This document shows positions 25,846 through 34,066 of a stretch of DNA of 64,000 bases, one piece after another (positions within the stretch are counted from its first letter, which is position 1; each line of letters starts with the position of its first letter). The notes beneath the pieces were generated by a model, which was not told where the DNA came from, ran no database searches, and saw only the letters and a list, made by a program, of their open reading frames with translations. The stretch comes from an uncultured Gemmatimonadales bacterium. Its GTDB lineage: Bacteria > Gemmatimonadota > Gemmatimonadetes > Gemmatimonadales > GWC2-71-9. The translations under genes were made by a program, and so were the position numbers. Location of the stretch: assembly GCA_963748815.1 (NCBI GenBank), contig CAVVKJ010000010.1, forward strand, positions 928,001 to 992,000, written 5' to 3'.

Positions 25846-26397
25846 TCAACGCGCCGGAGCCATGCGGTAGGTGATCCGGCTCTCGCAGACCTGGAGCCCC
25901 CGCGCCCGCACCGCCGACAAGACGGCCTCCGCCCCCTCCTCCCTCTGGAGGGTCATCCTGATCCACTGGGGGCGTCCGGCGGGGTCGCTCAGCACCAGCA
26001 GGTCGAGCGCCCGCCCTGCCCAGACACTCCGGGAGCGAATCCACCGCATCCCGTTGGCGCCCCGGTGCAGCACCAGTTCCCCCAGCCGCGCCAGGAGGCC
26101 GCGATCCTCCGACTGGAGCACCACGGCCGCCCGGGCCAGGCTCAGCGCCGGGAGCGCCGCCTCGACCATGGGGAGCGGGATGCGGTCGATGTCGAGGATG
26201 ATGCGGGGAGGAACCCGGCTGACGGCGTGGCGAAGCTCGCACGCGGTGCCCACACGCGGCCCGAAGGCGGCCAGGCCCACCTGAGGCAAGTGAAGACCAT
26301 GCAGGAGGTCCGCCGGGACGCCGACGATGGCCCCGGGCGGCACGGTGAGGAGCAGCGGCAGGAGCGCCCCGGCGCGGATCGGCTCGACGGACAGCAT
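25846..26397 (-). CDS. Hypothetical protein
   Basis: 183-aa ORF with GGAG SD, co-oriented with its neighbours; no recognised motif. Confidence 0.55.
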   Translation of the reverse strand: MLSVEPIRAGALLPLLLTVPPGAIVGVPADLLHGLHLPQVGLAAFGPRVGTACELRHAVSRVPPRIILDIDRIPLPMVEAALPALSLARAAVVLQSEDRGLLARLGELVLHRGANGMRWIRSRSVWAGRALDLLVLSDPAGRPQWIRMTLQREEGAEAVLSAVRARGLQVCESRITYRMAPAR

Positions 26398-26458
26398 CGC
26401 TCCACCATACGCCGCTCCCGCCGGACCACATCACCCCGGCGATGCGCGGCGGGGCGAC

Positions 26459-27388
26459 TTAACGGCGATCCTGCACCCGCGTGAGCAGCACCGGTCGATC
26501 GGCGCCCCGCAGCACCTTGTCGGCCACGCTGCCGAGGACCATCCGCCGCAGCCCCCGCGCGCCGTGCGTCGCAAGGGCCAGCAGTTCCACGTTGGCGAGT
26601 GAAGCCTCATGCAGCACGGCCTGGGCGACCCCGGGCTCGACGACCACCCGGGTCGAGACCTTGACCACCCCACTCCGCAGCCGCGCCGCGACGCCTTCCA
26701 GGTACGCCTCGGCCTGATCGGTGAGCGACTTGGTCAGCGTGTCATCCATTGGAAGCGACGCCGCCATCCCCGCGTCGCCGGGGATCGGAACCGGGGGCAC
26801 CACCCGCAGCAGCACGACCTCGCACCGCTTCGGGTCGGCCAGGGCGAGCGCCGGCGCGATGGCCGACTCGGATTCCGCGGACCCGTCGAGCGCCACCAGG
26901 ACCTTTCGGAACTGCTCCGCGGGGGGAATGGCCGTCCCTTCTGCCGGACGGATCAGCAGGACCGGCACCGTGAGGCGCCGGACCAGCGCGTCCGAAACGC
27001 TCCCCAGCCACAGGCGGCTGAGCGCGCCGCGCCCGTGCGTCGCCAGCACCACGAGGCCGAAGGCGTTGTCCTCGGCGTGGCGGGCGATCTGCTCGACGAC
27101 GTCGCCCTCGAGCAATTGCCGGGTCACCCCGGTGAATCCGCCCTCCTCGAGCCGAGCGGCGCAATTCGCCAGGTACTGCTCCTCGGCGTCCCGAATGCTG
27201 GGATCGACCGCCGTCGCGGCGACGGCGCCCTCGGTGGCAATGGTCCACGGGGGCACCGGATCGTGAACGCGCACCAGTTCGAGGTGCGCGCCCACCACCT
27301 TCGCCAGGCAGGCCGCCCACGGCAGCGCCTGCTCCGAAAAAGGCGAGCCGTCGAGCGGCACCAGGATGCTCTTGATCATCGGGTCCAT
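26459..27388 (-). CDS. Tandem universal stress protein
   Basis: Two USP domains: ILVPLDGS...ATHGRG..LGSVSD and VLVALDGS...GSVADKVLR. Confidence 0.93.
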   Translation of the reverse strand: MDPMIKSILVPLDGSPFSEQALPWAACLAKVVGAHLELVRVHDPVPPWTIATEGAVAATAVDPSIRDAEEQYLANCAARLEEGGFTGVTRQLLEGDVVEQIARHAEDNAFGLVVLATHGRGALSRLWLGSVSDALVRRLTVPVLLIRPAEGTAIPPAEQFRKVLVALDGSAESESAIAPALALADPKRCEVVLLRVVPPVPIPGDAGMAASLPMDDTLTKSLTDQAEAYLEGVAARLRSGVVKVSTRVVVEPGVAQAVLHEASLANVELLALATHGARGLRRMVLGSVADKVLRGADRPVLLTRVQDRR

Positions 27389-27410
27389 CCTTTCACGCGA
27401 AGTCTCGCGC

Positions 27411-28703
27411 TCAAGCCAGCAAGAGGGCCAACGCGGTGGCGACCCCGAGATAGGCCAGGCCGGCGCCTGCCAGCCGACGGAACTGGGCCGTGCCGAGGCC
27501 GGCCGCCATCGTGAGCTTCAGGATCGTGTTGCTGAGCAGGCCCACCATGATGGCCTGGGCCGCGAGGCGAACCGTCCCGTCGTCGGTGCCGAGCCTGGCC
27601 ATGGAGACGGTGAGCGCGTCCATGTCGGTCAGGCCGAGGAGGGCGGCGAGGGGCAACACGCCGGGGTCGCCGAATTCCGCGCGGACCCAGGCCAGCGCCA
27701 TCATGGCTCCCTGGAAGAGGAGCGCCAACCGGATGGCGCTGCCGAGCCGGAGCGGGTTCGACGGTGGTGCGAACGGTTCTGCGGCGGGCTCCCCCGCCGC
27801 GACGCCGGGCCGAAAGGCCCACGCGGTCAGGAGTCCCCCGGCGGCAAACGGAATAGCCGCCATCGGGAGCAGCGCCCAGCCGGCGGCCTGGTTCAGCACG
27901 AAGGTGATGCCGGTGACACGGATGATCAGGATGGTGCAGGCGCCGATGACGCCAGCGGCGAGCCCCATGCCGGCCTCCGGTTCCAGCCGGCTCCGGCGGG
28001 CGAAGTTCAGCGTAACCGCCGTCGAGGAGATGAGCCCGCCGGCGAGGCCGGCGTAGGCGTAGCCGCGGGTGACACCCACGACCTTTCGGGCCACGAACCC
28101 GAGGAAGTTGAGTCCCGAGAAGAGCAGGACAAGGAGCCAGAGGGCCTGCGGGTAAATGCCTCCGAGCGGACCAAACGGCCCCGCGGGCACCAGCGGCAGC
28201 ACGATGAGCGCGAGCACGGCGAACTGCAGCGCCCCCCGGAGTTCCCAATCGTCGATTCGCTGCACGAATTGGTGAATGCGGCTCTTCTCGTTCAGCGTCA
28301 GGACCACCACCACACCCGCCGCACTCGCCAGCCGCAGGTGACCCAACCCGGCGAGGACCCCGAGTCCGAGCACGACGAGAGCGGCGACCTCCGTGGTGCC
28401 GTCCGGGTCGTGCGAGCCGCGTCGACTTGCGGTGAGGTACGCCGCTGCGACCAGCAGGGCGGCCCCGCCGAGAAGTGCCGCCGACAGCGCCGTTGCCCCG
28501 GCGGCGAGCAGCAGGCCCGCGATTCCCCCTGCCCCGCCCAGAAGCAGGAAGGTCCGGGCGCCCGCGAAGCGGGCGTCCGGACCCTCAGCATGCCCCGACC
28601 ATTGTCGTTCGATCCCGACGGCGAGGCCGACCAGCGCGGCCACGGCCAGCCCCAACGCCGCCTCGGACGCGACGAGCGGAGCCACCATGTCCGCAATCAG
28701 CAC
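27411..28703 (-). CDS. MgtC/SapB + DUF4010 membrane protein
   Basis: GIERQ...FAGARTF, GTTEVAA, GGLISSTAVT and GLTDMDA motifs; start uncertain (28688 or 28703). Confidence 0.88.
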   Translation of the reverse strand: MLIADMVAPLVASEAALGLAVAALVGLAVGIERQWSGHAEGPDARFAGARTFLLLGGAGGIAGLLLAAGATALSAALLGGAALLVAAAYLTASRRGSHDPDGTTEVAALVVLGLGVLAGLGHLRLASAAGVVVVLTLNEKSRIHQFVQRIDDWELRGALQFAVLALIVLPLVPAGPFGPLGGIYPQALWLLVLLFSGLNFLGFVARKVVGVTRGYAYAGLAGGLISSTAVTLNFARRSRLEPEAGMGLAAGVIGACTILIIRVTGITFVLNQAAGWALLPMAAIPFAAGGLLTAWAFRPGVAAGEPAAEPFAPPSNPLRLGSAIRLALLFQGAMMALAWVRAEFGDPGVLPLAALLGLTDMDALTVSMARLGTDDGTVRLAAQAIMVGLLSNTILKLTMAAGLGTAQFRRLAGAGLAYLGVATALALLLA

Positions 28704-28704
28704 G

Positions 28705-29211
28705 CTACTCCTTTGGGGCGGGAGCGGGACTCGCCGCCGCGCCGCAGCCCGTCCCGTCTCCCTTGCAGCAATCCATGCCGGGAGCGCAGGCGCCGTTACC
28801 CCCCATCATCCCACCCATGCCACCCATGCCTTCCATACCGCCCATGCCCCCCATCATCATCTTCTCCATGTGAGCATGCATCATCTTGAGCATCCCCTGC
28901 ATCATCAGTCGGTCCTGCACCATTGCGTTCACCACGGCGGCCATCGCCTCGGTCTTCTTGCTCCCGCTGGCCTTGTTCATGGCGGCGGTCAGGTCGGCAA
29001 TCTGGGTGTTGGCGGAGTCCATCTTGGCCATCATGGCCATGCAGGGGCACTCCCCGCTCCCCCCACACCCACCGCCGGCGCCCATGCCGGGGCCCATGGC
29101 GTGGGCGTGTCCCGCCATCGGTGCCGCCGGCGCGGTGGCCGACTCCTGGGCCCGGAGCGGGGCGGCGAAAATCAAGGGAGCGGCGAGCGCGATCAAGGCT
29201 AGGCGGCGCAT
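28705..29211 (-). CDS. Exported Met/Cys/His-rich protein
   Basis: Signal peptide ending LRAQE; Met/Gly-rich tracts; CPC and CC motifs. Confidence 0.8.
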   Translation of the reverse strand: MRRLALIALAAPLIFAAPLRAQESATAPAAPMAGHAHAMGPGMGAGGGCGGSGECPCMAMMAKMDSANTQIADLTAAMNKASGSKKTEAMAAVVNAMVQDRLMMQGMLKMMHAHMEKMMMGGMGGMEGMGGMGGMMGGNGACAPGMDCCKGDGTGCGAAASPAPAPKE

Positions 29212-29233
29212 AAGGAACCTCAAAGAGAAAGAT

Positions 29234-30067
29234 TCAGAGCGGAACAGTCAATACTGCACAAAGCGCCGAATGGAGCAGCCCGCGGGCGACGCTGCCTCCC
29301 TCGACGATACCCGGCGGACCCCCGCGATGGTAGCCGAACGCCATCAGCCTGGCGCCGGCTTCCGCGGCTTCGGCAAGCAACTCGGAGAGGACGTTACCCC
29401 GCCGAATCCGCAGGTCGGTCGTGACCAATCCCCTGTCGAGGGTGCGGTTGAGCCGGAGGGTGCGCGATGCCGGCAGGGTAGCGGCCAGCTCGTCGGGTTC
29501 ATTGAGCCAGACGGGCTCGACCGTCACCGCCCGCAACGGGGTCTCGATGGTCCGCGCGAAGTCGGCGGCCGTGCTGAAGACGAAGGCGCTGCGTTCGGTG
29601 GCGTCGAGGCAGACCAGCATCGGCCCGAATTCCTCGCAGTCGACCCCCACAAAGAGGCAGGGCACCCGGCTCCGCCGCGCAACGGCGTCGGCGGTGTCGC
29701 CGAGGAACATTCGCTGGCGCTGGGTGCGCTGCTTCCGGCCCAGGACCAGCAGGTCACCGGCGTGTTCTTCCGCGTAGCGCGGAATCTCGATGCCGGGAAC
29801 CCCGGACAGCACCGTGAACGCCGGCGCGATGCCCGGAGCGGCGCGCTGCAGCTTGGCCTCGAGCCCTCGCGAGAGGTCACGAAGCAGGGTCTGGTGTTCG
29901 GAGTCTGCCGCCACACCCCCCGCGGCCGTCTGACCTGGCGTGGCGACGCGCACGGATACGACCGTCAGCCTGGCGCCCGCCCGTTCGGCCAGGCGTGCGG
30001 CGACCAGCACGGCGTGATGACCGGCCTCAGATTGATCCGTGGCCGCGACCACATGCCGAAGCTCCAT
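29234..30067 (-). CDS. Tandem universal stress protein
   Basis: HVVAATDQSE, FLGDTADAVARRSRVPCL and GSVARGLLH motifs. Confidence 0.88.
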   Translation of the reverse strand: MELRHVVAATDQSEAGHHAVLVAARLAERAGARLTVVSVRVATPGQTAAGGVAADSEHQTLLRDLSRGLEAKLQRAAPGIAPAFTVLSGVPGIEIPRYAEEHAGDLLVLGRKQRTQRQRMFLGDTADAVARRSRVPCLFVGVDCEEFGPMLVCLDATERSAFVFSTAADFARTIETPLRAVTVEPVWLNEPDELAATLPASRTLRLNRTLDRGLVTTDLRIRRGNVLSELLAEAAEAGARLMAFGYHRGGPPGIVEGGSVARGLLHSALCAVLTVPL

Positions 30068-30115
30068 GAATGTGTGCTCCGCGGTGGGTGACGTTGCATA
30101 CTCGTCTGATTCCCT

Positions 30116-30143
30116 TGAAGGGAGTATGAAGGAATCGAGAAGA
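30116..30143 (-). promoter_or_regulatory. Tandem CCTTCA half-sites at 11-bp period (putative OmpR-family operator) upstream of the USP gene
   Basis: Minus strand TCTTCT-cgatt-CCTTCA-tactc-CCTTCA. Confidence 0.45.
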
Positions 30144-30191
30144 AACGGCGGCTCCTTCCCACCCATCCCCGAGACCACCTACTTTCAAACC

Positions 30192-31436
30192 ATGTCCCGC
30201 GACCCTCCCCAGCGCTCCCCCTCCCCCGAACGGCTGGAGCAGCTGGTCTCCGCCGGCCTCCTCCTGAACTCCGAGCTCTCCCTCGAGGGCGTGCTGCAGC
30301 GGGTGGCGGAACTCGCCTGCGAAGTCATCGGGGCCCGGTACTCCGCCATCGGCGTGCTCTCGGACGATCACCGCCGCCTCGACGCCTTCGTGACCGCCGG
30401 TATCGACCAGGAGACGCGGGCCCGCCTCGGCCCGCCACCGGAGGGCAAAGGGGTGCTCGGCCTGGTGATGCGGGAGCGGCGCATCATCCGGCTCGCCGAC
30501 CTGCAGACCCACGCCTCCTCCGTCGGGTTCCCGCCCGGCCATCCTCCGATGCACTCGTTCCTCGGCGTCCCGATCGAGCGGCGACGCGGCGTCTTCGGCA
30601 TCCTGTACCTCACGGAAAAGCTCGACGGCCCGGAGTTCACCCCGGAGGACGAGCATATCGCCTGGCTCCTGGCCGCTCAGACCGGCGCCGCCATCGAGAA
30701 CGCCCGCCTGCACGAGGAAAGCGCCCGGCTGCTCGAGGAGGTCCAGCAACTGCAGCGCTCCCGGGAGCGGTTCTTCGCCATGGTCAACCACGAACTCCGA
30801 AACGCCCTGGCCGGGGTCTACGGCTGGGCGGAGATGCTGGTGCGGAAGAAGGATCCGGCCACCGTCCCCAAGGCCGCGTTCGAGGTGCTGGATTCGGCCG
30901 AGCAGGCCACCGCACTGGTCAACGACCTGCTCGACTTGAGCCGGCTGGACGAGGACCGCCTCAAGCCGGTCGTCCGTGAGGTCCTCCCGGCCCTGATGGC
31001 CCAGCGGGCGGCGGCCCGCGTCACTCCACTCGCCCAGTCCAGCTCCACCCAGGTGGTGATCAACCCGGGATCGGAACTCGAGAGCATCCAGACCGATGCA
31101 CACCGGGTCGAACAGATTCTCGTGAACCTGCTGACCAACGCCATCCGTCACGCCCCCAAAGGCAGCGAGATTCGGGTCGCCATCCTCGATGATCACGGAC
31201 GGGTCCGGTTCGAGGTGCTCGATGGAGGGCCCGGGGTGGCCGAGGAGGATCTGGACCGGATTTTCGACATTTACCAGACGAAGGGGACGGATGGCGGCGT
31301 GGGGCTGGGCCTCCCCCTCTCCCGAAGGCTGGCCCGACTGCTCGGCGGCGACCTGCGGGCCGAGGCCCGCCCGGATGCCGGCGGCTGCTTCATACTGGAG
31401 CTTCCGAGTGGCGGAAAGGTAAAGAGTCCTTCATAA
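30192..31436 (+). CDS. GAF (DosS/DevS GAF-A-like) sensor histidine kinase, HisKA + HATPase
   Basis: SVGFPPGHPPMHSFLGVPI; H-box NHELRNAL; N, D and G boxes present. Confidence 0.92.
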   Translation: MSRDPPQRSPSPERLEQLVSAGLLLNSELSLEGVLQRVAELACEVIGARYSAIGVLSDDHRRLDAFVTAGIDQETRARLGPPPEGKGVLGLVMRERRIIRLADLQTHASSVGFPPGHPPMHSFLGVPIERRRGVFGILYLTEKLDGPEFTPEDEHIAWLLAAQTGAAIENARLHEESARLLEEVQQLQRSRERFFAMVNHELRNALAGVYGWAEMLVRKKDPATVPKAAFEVLDSAEQATALVNDLLDLSRLDEDRLKPVVREVLPALMAQRAAARVTPLAQSSSTQVVINPGSELESIQTDAHRVEQILVNLLTNAIRHAPKGSEIRVAILDDHGRVRFEVLDGGPGVAEEDLDRIFDIYQTKGTDGGVGLGLPLSRRLARLLGGDLRAEARPDAGGCFILELPSGGKVKSPS

Positions 31437-31466
31437 TACCTTCCAAGACCGTTCACCCCTTCCTCA
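31428..31466 (+). promoter_or_regulatory. Four half-sites at 11-bp period upstream of the response regulator (putative autoregulatory operator)
   Basis: CCTTCA(31428) CCTTCC(31439) CGTTCA(31450) TCCTCA(31461). Confidence 0.5.
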
Positions 31467-31479
31467 TAACTTGAGCACC

Positions 31480-32175
31480 ATGAAAGTTCTCGTCGTGGAG
31501 GACGACCGGAAGGTCGCCGGGTTCATCGAACAGGGTCTGAAGGAAGAGGGCTGGACCGTGGACGTCGCGCCGGATGGCGAGGAAGCCACGATGCTGGCCC
31601 ACGTCTACCAGTACGACGTCATCCTGCTCGATGTCGTGTTGCCAAAGAAGAACGGCTTCCAGGTTGCGGCGGAGCTCCGCCGCGAGGGGCGCAACACCCC
31701 CATCCTGATGCTCACCTCGCGGGACGCGGTGGAGGATGTGGTCCGCGGCCTCGATGCGGGTGCGGATGACTATCTCGCCAAGCCCTTCCGGTTTGAGGAG
31801 TTGCTGGCCCGGATGCGCGCCCTGGTCCGGCGCGGGGGTGCCGAGCGTCTGGAGACGCTTCGGTATGGTCCGCTCTCGATGGATCGGCTGCGCCACGAGG
31901 TCCGCATGGACGACCAGCCCCTGGACCTCACCCCCAAGGAGTTCCAGCTGCTCGAGTTCTTCCTGCTTCACCCGGAAGAGGTCGTGCGGCGGACCACCCT
32001 CCTCGAGAAGGTCTGGGACATGCACTTCGATCCCGAGAGCAACGTGGTGGATGTGCACGTCGGCAACCTGCGCCGCAAGCTGGCCGCCTCGGCGGGCGGC
32101 AACCTGATCTCCACCGTGCGGGGCGTCGGATTCTGCCTCCGCGCGGCCAACACGGTCGCCACCCGCTCCGCATGA
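31480..32175 (+). CDS. OmpR/PhoB-family response regulator
   Basis: VLVVEDD, LLDVVLP, GADDYLAKPF; wHTH SNVVDVHVGNLRRKL..TVRGVGF. Confidence 0.95.
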   Translation: MKVLVVEDDRKVAGFIEQGLKEEGWTVDVAPDGEEATMLAHVYQYDVILLDVVLPKKNGFQVAAELRREGRNTPILMLTSRDAVEDVVRGLDAGADDYLAKPFRFEELLARMRALVRRGGAERLETLRYGPLSMDRLRHEVRMDDQPLDLTPKEFQLLEFFLLHPEEVVRRTTLLEKVWDMHFDPESNVVDVHVGNLRRKLAASAGGNLISTVRGVGFCLRAANTVATRSA

Positions 32176-34037
32176 CCCGGCGCGTGCCCCCGGCGTTGTT
32201 GCCGGGGGCGGCACTCCTGTTCATCCTTGCGGGGCTGTTCCTTCGGCTCCAGCCCGACCTTTCCGGCTGGAGCCGTTCTGTGTGGATGGTGGGGCTGGTG
32301 CTGACGGGTGTCCCCGTGGCGCTCCGAACGCTGCGCGGGCTTTTCCGGGGCCGGGCGGCCGCCGACATTGTCGCGACCCTCGCCATCGTTACCGCGGTCC
32401 CCCTCGGTGAGCCGCTCGCCGGCCTCGTGGTCGTCCTGATGCAGACCGGGGGCGAGGCACTCGAACGATTCGCCGAGGGACGGGCGAGCGCCGCGGTGCG
32501 CGCGCTCGAGGAGGCGGCTCCGCACGAGGCGCACCGGCTGGGTACCGATGGTGCCGTCGAGGACATCGACGCCGATGATGTGGCCATCGACGATATGCTC
32601 CTCATCCGCCCGGGGGAAATGGTCCCCTGCGATTCGGTCGTCGCCAGGGGATCGTCCCACGTCGACGTCTCACGGCTGACGGGGGAGCCGGTGCCGGTGA
32701 GCGCCGGGCCGGGGACCAGGCTGCCGAGCGGCGCGGTCAACGGCGAGAGCCCGCTGACGGTGCGCGCCGAGGCCCTGGCGTCACAGAGCCTTTACGCCCG
32801 GATCGTCGAACTGGTTCGCTCCGCCCAGGCGAGCAAGGCTCCGCTGCAGCGGCTCGCGGATCGGTACGCCGTCTGGTTCACGCCACTCACCCTGGCCGTC
32901 TGCGTGGTGGCGTATGTCATCTCCTTCGATCCCGTCCGTGTGCTGGCGGTGCTGGTCGTCGCGACACCCTGCCCCCTGATCCTCGCCACGCCCGTGGCCA
33001 TCATCGGGGGGTTGAACCGGGCGGCGCGGCGGCAGATTGTCATCCGGAACGGCGGGGCGCTGGAGCAGCTGGGAGGGGTGACGGTCGCGATGTTCGACAA
33101 GACCGGCACGCTGACGGTCGGGCGCCCGGCGCTCACGAGGGTGGTCCCGGTGGCCCCCTTTACCGAGCCGGAGTTGCTGGCCCTCGCGGGGTCGGTCGAG
33201 CACGGTTCCGGCCACCTCCTGGCCCGGTCGGTAGTCGAGGCGGCCCGCGCCCGCGGCGTCGGTCTCCCTTCGGCCACGAACATTCGCGAGGCGCCCGGGG
33301 AGGGGGTCGAGGGGTGGTCGGACGGCCGGGCGGTGGCGGTGGGGGCGCTGGAATTCGTCCGCCGGCTGGCCCCCGGTTCCGTCGAGGCGCTGATCTCGGC
33401 CGACGGGGACCGTGCCGCGCTTCGGGCGTTCGTAGCGGTGGACGGCGCGGCGGCAGGGTTCCTGGAGTTTGCCGACGCGATTCGACCGGAGGCCGCCCCC
33501 CTGCTCCGCCGGTTGAGCGAGCTCGGCATCGTCCGGATGGCGCTGCTGTCGGGCGACCGGCGCCAGAACGTCGAGGCGCTCGGGGCGACGCTCGGATTTA
33601 CCGAGACGCACGCCGACCTGCTGCCGCACGACAAGGTGGCGCTGATCGAGGCGGCGATGGCCGGCGGGGAGTCGGTGCTCATGGTGGGCGACGGCACCAA
33701 CGACGCCCCCGCGCTCAGCACCGCCACGGTGGGGATCGCCCTCGCCTCGCACGGCGGCGGGATTACTGCCGAGGCGGCCGATATCGTCATCCTGGCCGAC
33801 GACCTCGGCCGGGTGGCCGAGGCGGTGGAGACCAGCCGCTGGACGATGCGGATCGCGCGGCAGAGCATCTGGGCCGGCCTAGGGATGAGCGGGGTGGCGA
33901 TGCTCGTGGCGGCGGCAGGCTACATTCCTCCGATCGCCGGCGCCGTCCTGCAGGAAGTGATCGACATCGCCGTGATTCTCAACGCGCTCCGGGCCGCGGC
34001 ACCGGCCCCGGCGCATTCACCTCAGGCGGTCGCCTGA
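32172..34037 (+). CDS. Heavy-metal P1B-type ATPase (P1B-5-like, no N-terminal metal-binding domain)
   Basis: TGE, ATPCPLILA, DKTGTLT, GDGTNDAP and QEVID motifs. Confidence 0.92.
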   Translation: MTRRVPPALLPGAALLFILAGLFLRLQPDLSGWSRSVWMVGLVLTGVPVALRTLRGLFRGRAAADIVATLAIVTAVPLGEPLAGLVVVLMQTGGEALERFAEGRASAAVRALEEAAPHEAHRLGTDGAVEDIDADDVAIDDMLLIRPGEMVPCDSVVARGSSHVDVSRLTGEPVPVSAGPGTRLPSGAVNGESPLTVRAEALASQSLYARIVELVRSAQASKAPLQRLADRYAVWFTPLTLAVCVVAYVISFDPVRVLAVLVVATPCPLILATPVAIIGGLNRAARRQIVIRNGGALEQLGGVTVAMFDKTGTLTVGRPALTRVVPVAPFTEPELLALAGSVEHGSGHLLARSVVEAARARGVGLPSATNIREAPGEGVEGWSDGRAVAVGALEFVRRLAPGSVEALISADGDRAALRAFVAVDGAAAGFLEFADAIRPEAAPLLRRLSELGIVRMALLSGDRRQNVEALGATLGFTETHADLLPHDKVALIEAAMAGGESVLMVGDGTNDAPALSTATVGIALASHGGGITAEAADIVILADDLGRVAEAVETSRWTMRIARQSIWAGLGMSGVAMLVAAAGYIPPIAGAVLQEVIDIAVILNALRAAAPAPAHSPQAVA

Positions 34038-34066
34038 GACCACCACACGCTGTTCCGGGAGCCTCC

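Noticed and set aside
30068..34066. FNR box upstream of the cco operon
   Set aside because: No TTGAT-N4-ATCAA match seen in the intergenic segments.
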